Assembly (NCBI GenBank): GCA_040394615.1
Contig: JBEBRZ010000003.1
Coordinates: forward strand, 819-64,818
Direction: 5' to 3'
DNA from: Sphingobacterium mizutaii
GTDB lineage: Bacteria; Bacteroidota; Bacteroidia; Sphingobacteriales; Sphingobacteriaceae
Length of the DNA: 64,000 nucleotides
How positions within the stretch are numbered: position 1 is the first letter of the stretch; the number at the start of each line of letters is the position of its first letter. Shown piece after piece: positions 48,585 through 57,846 of the stretch. Both the position numbers and the translations under genes were made by a program. The notes beneath the pieces were generated by a model that did no database searches, was not told the DNA's origin, and saw nothing but the letters and a program-made list of their open reading frames with translations.

Positions 48585-48596
48585 TTTTTTGTTCTT

Positions 48597-49259
48597 ATGA
48601 GAAAACGTTGGTGGAAAATATTAGGGGTTGTTATGGTCGCAAGCACCATTATCGGTGGACTCCTTGGCCCCGTTCCGGTATTACCTATCCTAAATGAAAC
48701 TATTCGAAATGTGTATTTCCACGTTCCCATGTGGTTTACCATGATGGTTTTATATTTGATATCCTTAGTTTACAGTATTAAGTATCTGAATACAGGGAAA
48801 AGAGAGTATGATTTCATGGCCGTAGAAGCTGTAAACACGGGGATTGTTTTTTGTGCCTGTGGTTTAATGACGGGTATGTTATGGGCAAACATTACTTGGG
48901 GTACCCCTTGGACAAATGACCCGCAATTAAATGGTGCAGCAATAGCAACCTTAATGTACTTGGCATATTTGGTCTTAAGGAATGCGTTGGAAGAAGAGCA
49001 AAAGCGTGCTAAAATTTCAGCGATCTATAACATCTTTGCATTTCCCATTATGATTGTGTTAATCTATATTCTTCCTAAGATGAATGATTCATTGCATCCG
49101 GGTAGTGGAGGTAATTCTACATTCGGTGATCTGGATATGGATAATTATATGCGCCCTGTATTTTACACGGCTGTCATAGGCTGGATTTTAATCGGTTGCT
49201 GGATTGCAACATTAAGATATCGTATTCGAATAATTGAAGATAAAAGAAATAGTTTTTAA
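48597..49259 (+). CDS. ccmC: Heme exporter protein C (WWD-domain heme-handling protein)
   Basis: YFHVP and SLHP conserved His motifs; Trp-rich motif WANITWGTPWTNDPQL. Confidence 0.88.
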   Translation: MRKRWWKILGVVMVASTIIGGLLGPVPVLPILNETIRNVYFHVPMWFTMMVLYLISLVYSIKYLNTGKREYDFMAVEAVNTGIVFCACGLMTGMLWANITWGTPWTNDPQLNGAAIATLMYLAYLVLRNALEEEQKRAKISAIYNIFAFPIMIVLIYILPKMNDSLHPGSGGNSTFGDLDMDNYMRPVFYTAVIGWILIGCWIATLRYRIRIIEDKRNSF

Positions 49260-49262
49260 AAA

Positions 49263-49466
49263 ATGAGAAATTTCCTATTAACCTTACTTGCCTTCATCAT
49301 AGGGCTTTCTGCACATGCACAAAATAAGGTTCAAATGGCTGATGGTCTTCGTGCAGAAGGAAAAATCTATGTAGTGGTGGCTGTTATGTTAGTGATTTTT
49401 ATTACAGTTGCTATCTATTTGTTCACTATAGATCAAAAAATCAAAAAGCTGGAAAAAGATAAATAA
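49263..49466 (+). CDS. ccmD: CcmD-family small membrane protein
   Basis: GKIYVVVAVMLVIF..YLFTIDQKIKKLEK; directly after ccmC. Confidence 0.75.
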   Translation: MRNFLLTLLAFIIGLSAHAQNKVQMADGLRAEGKIYVVVAVMLVIFITVAIYLFTIDQKIKKLEKDK

Positions 49467-49480
49467 GGAAAAATACCTCT

Positions 49481-50464
49481 ATGCTAATTAACCAACATCG
49501 AACACTTTCGGGTTTAAATGTATTCCTAGTAACGCTTGTTGGCACTATTTTATGCTTAGGTGTTTTCTTACACCTACCGGCTAATCTTACTCCCGTCCTT
49601 TTTGAATCCGGCTTAAATCGTTTAGTTGGAATAGACATTGAAATAAAGTTATCTCCTTATTCGAATGTATTGATTACGCTGATGCTTACATTGGTTCAGG
49701 CGTTTTATCTTAACAGAGTGGTCAACCACTTTAATCTTTTAGGTAAACCAAGTTTTTTAACCTCATTAATGTTTATGACGTTAGTAAGCTTGTTTATTCC
49801 TTTTCTGGTACTATCACCAACATTAATCTGCAATTTTATTACAATCTGGATGCTTCAGAAACTTTTCAATATCTACAAACATGCGGATGTGAAAGGGATT
49901 ATGTTTGATTTGGGGTTGTTGGTTGCGCTAGGGAGTTTAATATATTTCCCGTTTATCATTATGCTCTTATTGATATGGTCTAGTCTGGTTATATTTCGTC
50001 CTTTTTTTTGGCGAGAATGGCTTACACCTTTATTGGGAGCAATAACTGTTTATTTCCTCTTAGCTGTAGTCTATTTCTGGTTAGAAAGGATAGATGAATT
50101 TTATCAAATTTTTCTCCCTTTCACCTATACTTTTCCTACCAAATTAAATATGGATGTTCATGATTATTTTGTGGTAATTCCAATTTTAATAGCATTAGGA
50201 GGATTCCTATTTATCCTTAAAGACAACTTTTTCAGGAGTGTGGTACAGATTAGAAAAAGCTTTCAGTTATTATTTATTATGATCTTGCTGATTTTCGGTA
50301 CTTTTTATTTAAATGAAGAACGGTCGGTCAATCATTTTCTATTATGTGTGCCACCAATCTCCATTTATTTAGCTTACTTTTTTACGCATGCAAAGATAAA
50401 ATGGTTTTATGAAAGCCTCTATTTTGTCATATTGCTGACTATAATCTATTTTCAGTTTTTCTAA
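49481..50464 (+). CDS. DUF6427-like polytopic membrane protein
   Basis: About 10 TM segments with FRPFFWREW and QIRKSF motifs. Confidence 0.7.
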   Translation: MLINQHRTLSGLNVFLVTLVGTILCLGVFLHLPANLTPVLFESGLNRLVGIDIEIKLSPYSNVLITLMLTLVQAFYLNRVVNHFNLLGKPSFLTSLMFMTLVSLFIPFLVLSPTLICNFITIWMLQKLFNIYKHADVKGIMFDLGLLVALGSLIYFPFIIMLLLIWSSLVIFRPFFWREWLTPLLGAITVYFLLAVVYFWLERIDEFYQIFLPFTYTFPTKLNMDVHDYFVVIPILIALGGFLFILKDNFFRSVVQIRKSFQLLFIMILLIFGTFYLNEERSVNHFLLCVPPISIYLAYFFTHAKIKWFYESLYFVILLTIIYFQFF

Positions 50465-50530
50465 GTTATTGTTCATTAAGTGTTTAACCTTTTTTAACAA
50501 ACAAAAAGCTTGTGATATTTAAAAAATAGA

Positions 50531-50538
50531 TAGTTTTG
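50531..50538 (+). promoter_or_regulatory. -7 box (TAGTTTTG)
   Basis: Exact TAnnTTTG, about 85 bp upstream of the outer-membrane barrel gene. Confidence 0.55.
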
Positions 50539-50624
50539 TAGCGAAAATTCAGATAATACAGCCATAATAAAAGATTTAATCTCATCGTTTTTTGGCAGGT
50601 TGAAAATAAAGATTCGATGAGGTG

Positions 50625-51989
50625 ATGAATCCATTTAAAATATTAGAACAGTTGAAACTATTTTACGCTAATACGTCCTTACTTATTATATTAGGAATAA
50701 GTTCTATCTTACTCAGCAGTAAGAGTGCCCATGCACAAACTTCTACTTCGCATTCTCCGTATTCGCAATTTGGATTAGGACAGATGCGTGAAGACTTGCT
50801 ACCGCAAACCCGTGCTATGGGGGGTATTTCTACGGCAGTAAGGTTTCAGGGGGGGCTTCCTGTTCTTAATATTTCCAATCCTGCAGCCTATTCAGCTTTC
50901 ACAAAAACCATTTTAGATGCCGGCCTATACGGAAATATCACGCAATTAGAAAAAGGTGCTACCGCTGCAGATAATACGGCCGATTTTGCGTTTAGTCATT
51001 TTGCTTTTGGATTTACATTAAACAAAAACAACGGATTAAAATTAGGTGGTATTTCATTTGGATTGATGCCTTATTCAGATATTGGTTATAATACATCTGC
51101 CAACAGAGAAATCAGCAATACACCTTACCAGACGCGTTTAGTTGGAGAAGGAGGCTTGAATAAAGCATATGTTGGTTGGGGCGTTTCTCCGTTCAAGAAC
51201 TTCAGTATCGGAGCAAACGTAGGATACTTATTTGGAAACCTTTACGATAAATTACTTATTGATTTTCCGAACGGATATGGATATTACAATACTTCACAAA
51301 CAGATACAAGACGAGTAACCGGGGCTGTTTTTGATTATGGGGCACAATATTTCGTACCACTTGGGAATAAGAAATTCTTAACGATAGGGTATTCAGGATC
51401 CTTGAATAATGCAGTAAGAAATAAAGTGAGCACATTAGTAACCCGTACTAGAACGGATGTATCAAGCGATATTCAGGAACAAGTTCCAATCGACACAGCC
51501 CTGAATGATTTGTTATCCAACAATAAAATAAATCTTCCATTGAAGCATAATGTTGGTATTACGCTTAGCAAAGGTGTAAACTGGATGGTAGGTGCTGATT
51601 TTAAATATGCTGATTGGTCTAACTATCAGGTACGCCAAGGCGAGGATAAATTGGGCAAAAACTTAGGTATTGCAATTGGAGGTCAATTCAAACCGGACCC
51701 TACTGCGATTAATTACCTAAAAGTAATTGATTACCGATTGGGATTCAGATACAATAAAACTCATATGACAGTTAATAAAGAACGTATTAATGACATGGCT
51801 GTTACAGTGGGGCTTGGATTACCATTGCCGGAGACAGGGTTTGGAAGAACTTTCTCTAATATTAATATTTCGGCAGAACTTGGGCAACAAGGAACATTGA
51901 AGAGTAATTTGATTCGTGAACGATACATTAACATCAATTTAGGTTTTACAATCAATGACTCTTGGTTTATAAGAAGAAGTTACGATTAA
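50625..51989 (+). CDS. FadL/PorV-like outer-membrane beta-barrel protein
   Basis: Signal peptide, N-terminal SPYSQFGLG..RAMGG..NPAAYS hatch-type motif, amphipathic strands, C-terminal LGFTINDSWF. Lies upstream of lptC. Confidence 0.8.
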   Translation: MNPFKILEQLKLFYANTSLLIILGISSILLSSKSAHAQTSTSHSPYSQFGLGQMREDLLPQTRAMGGISTAVRFQGGLPVLNISNPAAYSAFTKTILDAGLYGNITQLEKGATAADNTADFAFSHFAFGFTLNKNNGLKLGGISFGLMPYSDIGYNTSANREISNTPYQTRLVGEGGLNKAYVGWGVSPFKNFSIGANVGYLFGNLYDKLLIDFPNGYGYYNTSQTDTRRVTGAVFDYGAQYFVPLGNKKFLTIGYSGSLNNAVRNKVSTLVTRTRTDVSSDIQEQVPIDTALNDLLSNNKINLPLKHNVGITLSKGVNWMVGADFKYADWSNYQVRQGEDKLGKNLGIAIGGQFKPDPTAINYLKVIDYRLGFRYNKTHMTVNKERINDMAVTVGLGLPLPETGFGRTFSNINISAELGQQGTLKSNLIRERYININLGFTINDSWFIRRSYD

Positions 51990-51992
51990 GAG

Positions 51993-52592
51993 ATGCAATT
52001 TACAGCAATAAAAATATCGAGATTTTTGCCCCTAACAATTGTTTTGCTAGGGGCAATCTTGTCATTTGCCTGTGAGAATGACATGAAGGATATTGACCGA
52101 TTAGCCAACATTAAAGCTGAAGAAGCCGTGGACATTTCTAAAGATGTGACTGTTATCTACAGTGACTCGGCGAAAGTAAAAGCTGAGCTAAAGGCTCCGG
52201 AAATGCGCGTATATCATGACAGCACTGGGAACTATGAATTCCGCCAGGGGGTCCAAATTATTTTTTTTGATGACAATGCAAAGGAAATGCAAAGAGTAAC
52301 ATCGGATTATGCATTACAGAAAAAGCTTGAAGGACTTACTGAGTTTAGAAAAAATGTTGTGATTACGAAAGTAGACGGTACAGTCATCAAGACTGAAGAA
52401 TTGATCTATGATGAGAAGGCTAAGAAATATTATGGTAGTCAACCCATTACAGCAGAATATAATGATGGAAGAACTTCCGCACAGGGAACCTCTTTTACTT
52501 CTGATGCAGAATTTAATGACATCCGTTTTATCCATGGAACGGGAATTCATTTTCCGTCAAGTAGCTCACAATTACCTTCATTTGGAAACTAG
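51993..52592 (+). CDS. lptC: LPS export ABC transporter periplasmic protein LptC
   Basis: Lipobox-like SFAC, VIYSDSAKVKAELKAP, EFRQGV.IIFFD, KNVVI..IKTEELIYD (LptC beta-jellyroll pattern of Bacteroidota). Confidence 0.8.
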   Translation: MQFTAIKISRFLPLTIVLLGAILSFACENDMKDIDRLANIKAEEAVDISKDVTVIYSDSAKVKAELKAPEMRVYHDSTGNYEFRQGVQIIFFDDNAKEMQRVTSDYALQKKLEGLTEFRKNVVITKVDGTVIKTEELIYDEKAKKYYGSQPITAEYNDGRTSAQGTSFTSDAEFNDIRFIHGTGIHFPSSSSQLPSFGN

Positions 52593-52743
52593 TAAAAACC
52601 AAAGGATTTATTGTCAATAAAATTGATATAAGGTAAATATAAATTTTTACCATATTATTTTATAAAAATTGTATCTTGCGCCTTGTTTTGACGAAAAACA
52701 AGAATAAAACTAAAATTAGCATTAAATAAATTAGAATATAGTT

Positions 52744-54843
52744 ATGGGATTAATGACCTCTTTGCGAAACCGTGCAGGCTTAGTCATTTTCGTGATTGGT
52801 TTGGCAATTGTTGCATTTTTATTAGGTGACGCCATCAATGTGGGAACACCATTCTGGCGTAGTAGCCAGAATGAGATTGGTAGTGTTAATGGTGAAAGTA
52901 TAGATTATCAAAATTTCAATGCACAAGTTGATCAAGCGAATGCCATGTATCAACAACAAATGGGTGGTGCTTCGACACCACAAATGCGTGGATTTGCAGT
53001 ACAACAAGTTTGGAATCAATTTTTAACACAGAACCTATTAAACCAGGAAATTGACAGGATTGGTCTTCAGGTGGGAAAAGAAGAACTGAACAGTTTATTG
53101 TTCGGAAATAATCCATCTCCTCAAATCGTTCAGGCATTTACGAATCCTCAAACCGGACAGTTTGATAAAAACTACTTAAGTGCAGTTATAGAGCAAGCAA
53201 AAACGAACCCTGAGATGAAAGCTCAATGGGAAGCTTTATTACAGAATGTAAAAAATGAACGTTTGAACCAGAAATACACGAACTTAATCAATAACAGCAT
53301 TTATACTACTTCATTAGAAGCTGAATACGATTACAACTCTCGTAATAAATTGGCAAACTTTAAATATGTCATGCTAGATTATGCATCTGTTAAGGATTCT
53401 GAAATCAAGTTGACTGATGCGGATTACAAAGAGTACTATGACAAAAATAAAAACGCATTCAAGAATCCTGAAGAGATTCGCACAATTGAATATGTTTTAT
53501 TTGACGCCACTCCTAACGCAGCCGATACTGCATTAGTATTGGGTGAAGTCAACAAATTAAAAGCAGAATTACAAACCTCAACCAATGATTCCAGCTTTGT
53601 TACAATTCATTCAGAGAACAAATACCCGGTAAGATACTATACAAAGGGTCAATTGAGTCCTGCTTTGGATTCTGTGGCTTTCAGATCAGCTCCAGGAACA
53701 GTTGTAGGTCCATATCTAACACAAAATGTATATGAGATCGCGAAAGTAATCTCTGTAAAGAACAGTCCTGACTCCGTAAATGCAAGTCACATATTAATTA
53801 ATCCGGCGACAGAAGGCGGTGTTGATAAAGCTTTAGCAAAAGCTGATTCCATTAAGAATTTAGTACAGGGTGGGGCAAGTTTTGCTGCATTAGCAGTTGA
53901 ATTTAGCGCTGACCCAAACAGCAAGAACAATGCCGGTGAATTGGGAACCATTACACGTGGAATGATTCCTGAACTTGATGAAACCTTATTTGATGGAACA
54001 ACAGGTGATGTAAAAGTTGTTTCTACAAACTTTGGTGTACATGTTATCAAGATAAACAGACAAATCGGTAATTCTCCGATTGCGAAACTTGCTATTGTTG
54101 ACAAGAGCATCAACGCAGGAAAAGAAACTACAGATGCCGCTTATTCAAAATCAAATCAATTCTTCACTGCTATCAACAAAGACAATTTTTCAGACATTGC
54201 TAAACAACAAAATTTAGAGGTGCTCAAGAATGATCGTACCGTAGCAATGGACAATATGTTAGGTGGTACAGAAGTTCCAAGAGATCTAATTCGCTGGGCA
54301 TTTGAAGCTAAACAAGGAGAAGTAAGTGATAAGATTTATGAATCCAGTGAGAACTTCATCGTAGCAAGAGTAACAAATATTCAACCGAAAGGTCTTCAAC
54401 CTTTAGCATCGGTAAAAACAATGATTGAGCCGACCGTTAAGAATTTAGTTAAAGCTCGTATGCTGAAAGAGAAAATGAACAATGCATTGAATGGTGCAAG
54501 TTCAATTGATCAAGTAGGTCAGAAATTAGGTAAAAATGTACAATCTGTAGATAATGTAGTCTTAGCTAATCCGGTTATTCCGGGTGTTGCTGTAGAAAAT
54601 GCAGTTGTAGGTACTGTTTTCGGATTGCAACCAAACAAGCCATCTAAATCTATCGAAGGCAAACAAGGTGTTTATGCAGTACAAGTAGAAGGATTTGTAA
54701 ATCCTAAAGCATTAACCGGAGAAGAATTAATTGCTCAACAAAAGCAGATAACAGAGTCAAAATCACAGCGTGCATGGGGTACTATTTTGAAAGCCTTAGA
54801 GAACAACGCGAAAATTGTTGACAATCGTATTAAATTCTATTAA
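52744..54843 (+). CDS. Membrane-anchored SurA-N/parvulin peptidyl-prolyl isomerase (PpiD-like)
   Basis: N-terminal TM anchor (VIGLAIVAFLLGD), SurA-N region, parvulin motifs ASHILI, FAALAVEFSAD..GELG and FGVHVIKI. Confidence 0.9.
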   Translation: MGLMTSLRNRAGLVIFVIGLAIVAFLLGDAINVGTPFWRSSQNEIGSVNGESIDYQNFNAQVDQANAMYQQQMGGASTPQMRGFAVQQVWNQFLTQNLLNQEIDRIGLQVGKEELNSLLFGNNPSPQIVQAFTNPQTGQFDKNYLSAVIEQAKTNPEMKAQWEALLQNVKNERLNQKYTNLINNSIYTTSLEAEYDYNSRNKLANFKYVMLDYASVKDSEIKLTDADYKEYYDKNKNAFKNPEEIRTIEYVLFDATPNAADTALVLGEVNKLKAELQTSTNDSSFVTIHSENKYPVRYYTKGQLSPALDSVAFRSAPGTVVGPYLTQNVYEIAKVISVKNSPDSVNASHILINPATEGGVDKALAKADSIKNLVQGGASFAALAVEFSADPNSKNNAGELGTITRGMIPELDETLFDGTTGDVKVVSTNFGVHVIKINRQIGNSPIAKLAIVDKSINAGKETTDAAYSKSNQFFTAINKDNFSDIAKQQNLEVLKNDRTVAMDNMLGGTEVPRDLIRWAFEAKQGEVSDKIYESSENFIVARVTNIQPKGLQPLASVKTMIEPTVKNLVKARMLKEKMNNALNGASSIDQVGQKLGKNVQSVDNVVLANPVIPGVAVENAVVGTVFGLQPNKPSKSIEGKQGVYAVQVEGFVNPKALTGEELIAQQKQITESKSQRAWGTILKALENNAKIVDNRIKFY

Positions 54844-54864
54844 CATAGAATTGATTAAATTTGT

Positions 54865-54896
54865 AGCTGGGTAACAAATGTTATCCAGCTTTTTTT
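54865..54896 (+). terminator. Intrinsic terminator
   Basis: agctgggtaaca-aa-tgttatccagct followed by a T tract. The G.U pair forms on the plus strand. Confidence 0.85.
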
Positions 54897-54908
54897 ATTT
54901 TTATAGAA

Positions 54909-55424
54909 ATGGACATTCAAGAAAACATTGTAAACAAAGTTGCTCAAAGTGGATTAATCACCATTGACTTAGCAGATCATGCACCAAAAGCAGCTATTGA
55001 GATCTATGATATCAAAGAGAATCTATTCCACGGATTGATCTTAAAGGAGAAAGACTTCAGGGAATTTATCAAGAACCACGATTGGTCACAATACAAGGAC
55101 AAACATATCGGTATAGTTTGTACAGCAGACGCTATTGTGCCTACCTGGGCCTATATGTTACTATCCACAAAATTGGTTGATCAGGCACTATCTATTCACT
55201 TTGGTGATGAAGATTATGTACTTAAGACTTTATATGATCACGCGTTATCTAGCATAGACTATAGTCAATATCAAGATCAACGAATAGTGATAAAAGGTTG
55301 CGGGGAGATACCGGTTCCTGAATCTGCATTTGTTACCTTTACCAGTCAACTCAGTAAAGTTGCTAAAAGTGTAATGTATGGTGAGCCCTGCTCTACTGTC
55401 CCCGTATTCAAGCGAAAATCTTAA
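54909..55424 (+). CDS. DUF2480-family protein
   Basis: IVNKVAQSGLITIDL, LKEKDFR, DAIVPTWAYML, KGCG and MYGEPCS. Confidence 0.85.
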   Translation: MDIQENIVNKVAQSGLITIDLADHAPKAAIEIYDIKENLFHGLILKEKDFREFIKNHDWSQYKDKHIGIVCTADAIVPTWAYMLLSTKLVDQALSIHFGDEDYVLKTLYDHALSSIDYSQYQDQRIVIKGCGEIPVPESAFVTFTSQLSKVAKSVMYGEPCSTVPVFKRKS

Positions 55425-55454
55425 ACTTTCCATTATAATTGCTGTCAAACTCAT

Positions 55455-56246
55455 ATGAAAAGAATTGTTTCATTTATCACGTTAAGTATTATTCTGTCCA
55501 CGACATTATTTGCACAGTCACTACCATACTTAAAAGAACCCACCTTTAAACCTGGTGAAGTTTTAAAATATAAACTTCGATATGGAATTATTTCGGCAGC
55601 AACAGGCACCCTTTCCGTACAGGAATCGAAGCATAGCTTTGGCGTGAAAGATGCTATTCATCTATCGGCCTTCGGACAAACATCTGGTGCGTTTTCAAAG
55701 TTCTATACGGTAAGAAATCAGTATGACTCTTATATCGATCAATCGAATTTTTTACCGATTTTATACACTGAAAATATTAGAGAGAACAACTACAGGAGAG
55801 TTGAATATGCTACCTTCGACCATAAAACAAAAAAGGTTAATGGAAAGAAGGGGGTATTTACAAGCCCAACCCAACAGACTTTTGACTTAGTTTCAGCTTA
55901 TTATTTTTCAAGGAATTTAGATTTCTCAAAGTTAAAATCAGGTGATAAGTTTCACATTACTTACTTCCTGAATGATGAGGTTGCACAGTTAGGCGTTGAA
56001 TATATCGGGGTAGAAAAGGTTAAATCTGTACTTGGCGAATTAGAGTGTATCAAACTTAGTCCGGAAATATCTCCGGGAAGAATCTTTAAAAAGAGTAGTC
56101 GTTTGTATCTTTGGGTTACCAATGATGGCAATCGGATTCCTGTAAAGGCACAAGTAGAAATCCTTATTGGTTCGGTAACAATGGATTTAGTAAGTGCGGA
56201 TGGTCTAAAATATCCTTTAGGCGAACGCGTAAGTTATTCAAAATAA
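55455..56246 (+). CDS. DUF3108-domain exported protein
   Basis: Signal peptide, [34 protein letters not shown]. Confidence 0.82.
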   Translation: MKRIVSFITLSIILSTTLFAQSLPYLKEPTFKPGEVLKYKLRYGIISAATGTLSVQESKHSFGVKDAIHLSAFGQTSGAFSKFYTVRNQYDSYIDQSNFLPILYTENIRENNYRRVEYATFDHKTKKVNGKKGVFTSPTQQTFDLVSAYYFSRNLDFSKLKSGDKFHITYFLNDEVAQLGVEYIGVEKVKSVLGELECIKLSPEISPGRIFKKSSRLYLWVTNDGNRIPVKAQVEILIGSVTMDLVSADGLKYPLGERVSYSK

Positions 56247-56248
56247 AA

Positions 56249-56815
56249 ATGATAGAAGTAGGAAATGTTCTTGTTCATGAAGATATCATCAACAATGACT
56301 TTGTGTGTAACCTTAGCAAATGTAAAGGAGTGTGTTGTATTGAAGGTGATGCAGGTGCCCCTTTGACGGAAGCAGAGACAGTAATATTAGAGGAGATTTA
56401 TCCCAAGGTAAAGCCTTATCTTACGGCTGAAGGAATAAAAGCGATCGAAGAACAAGGTAAGTATGTGATTGACGGAGATGGTGATCTTACGACCACCTGT
56501 GTAGGAGGAAATAAAGAATGTGCTTATGTTACCTGGGAAAATGGAATCACAAAATGTGGGATTGAAAAAGCGTATGAAATGGGAGATGTTCAGTGGAAAA
56601 AACCTATTTCCTGTCACCTCTACCCTATCCGAGCGACGCACTATCCTGAATTTGATGTTTTACATTATGATCGTTGGTATATCTGTAAGGACGCATGTAC
56701 CTTTGGTCAGGAGTTAAATATTCCGGTTTATAAGTTCTTGAAAGACCCATTGATTCGCGAATATGGTGAGGAATGGTACACTCAGCTTGAAAATACCTTA
56801 GCTTCACAACCATAA
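56249..56815 (+). CDS. DUF3109-family Cys-rich protein (putative metal or Fe-S binding)
   Basis: [41 protein letters not shown]. Confidence 0.85.
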   Translation: MIEVGNVLVHEDIINNDFVCNLSKCKGVCCIEGDAGAPLTEAETVILEEIYPKVKPYLTAEGIKAIEEQGKYVIDGDGDLTTTCVGGNKECAYVTWENGITKCGIEKAYEMGDVQWKKPISCHLYPIRATHYPEFDVLHYDRWYICKDACTFGQELNIPVYKFLKDPLIREYGEEWYTQLENTLASQP

Positions 56816-56868
56816 TTTTAGTATTTTTATTGCGATTCAGTGCATGCTGAAGGTCTTATACACAATAC

Positions 56869-57843
56869 ATGTTAACATTAGACGAAATACAACTTCCTAT
56901 AAAAGAACATCTCAAGCGCTTTGAAAAGACCTTCAAGGCATCCATGCAGAGTTCCGCCCCCTTATTAGACCGTATCACACGCTATATAATTAAGCAAAAA
57001 GGAAAACAGATGCGTCCGATGTTTGTTTTCTTTTCAGCAGGTGTTTGTGGTGCCATAACCGAATCTACATATCATGGAGCATCATTGGTAGAATTGCTAC
57101 ATACGGCTTCTTTAGTACATGATGATGTAGTAGATAATGCGAATGAACGCCGGGGTTTTTTTTCAATAAATGCTTTATGGAAAAATAAAGTCGCCGTTCT
57201 GGTTGGGGATTTCTTACTTTCCAAGGGTTTACTTTTATCTGTTAAGAATAAAGAGTATGATTTGTTAAAACTTGCTTCGGAGGCAGTGGAACAGATGAGC
57301 GAGGGAGAACTGCTTCAGATTGAAAAAGCAAGACATCTAGATATTCAGGAGTCGATATACTACGATATAATAAGAAAGAAAACAGCATCCTTAATTGCTT
57401 CTTGTTGTGCAATTGGAGCTTCATCTGCTGGTGCAGATGTAGATACCATAGAGAAGCTCAGGTTATTTGGAGAGAAAGTAGGGATTGCTTTTCAGATAAA
57501 AGATGATCTTTTCGACTTTGGTTTAGATGATGTCGGAAAGCCTGTAGGGAATGACATCAAGGAAAAAAAGATGACACTGCCACTGATTTATGCATTATCC
57601 ATTGTTGAAAAGAGTCAAAAGCGAAAGATAATCAACTTAGTAAAGAACCACAATGAGGATTCAGAAAAGGTTGCTGAAGTTATCAATTTCGTAAAAATAA
57701 ATGGAGGCTTGAATTACGCTAATGAACAAATGCTAAAGTACCAAAAGGAAGCTTTTGATATTTTAGAAACGATTCCAGATGGCGGTGAATTTAAGACCGG
57801 ATTAGAACAATTAGTACGTTTCACTACAGAGAGAAAGAAATAA
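56869..57843 (+). CDS. ispB: Long-chain polyprenyl diphosphate synthase
   Basis: GKQMRP, LHTASLVHDDVVD (first DDxxD), KKTASL, FQIKDDLFD, GKPVGND..EKK.TLP. Confidence 0.88.
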   Translation: MLTLDEIQLPIKEHLKRFEKTFKASMQSSAPLLDRITRYIIKQKGKQMRPMFVFFSAGVCGAITESTYHGASLVELLHTASLVHDDVVDNANERRGFFSINALWKNKVAVLVGDFLLSKGLLLSVKNKEYDLLKLASEAVEQMSEGELLQIEKARHLDIQESIYYDIIRKKTASLIASCCAIGASSAGADVDTIEKLRLFGEKVGIAFQIKDDLFDFGLDDVGKPVGNDIKEKKMTLPLIYALSIVEKSQKRKIINLVKNHNEDSEKVAEVINFVKINGGLNYANEQMLKYQKEAFDILETIPDGGEFKTGLEQLVRFTTERKK

Positions 57844-57846
57844 TAT

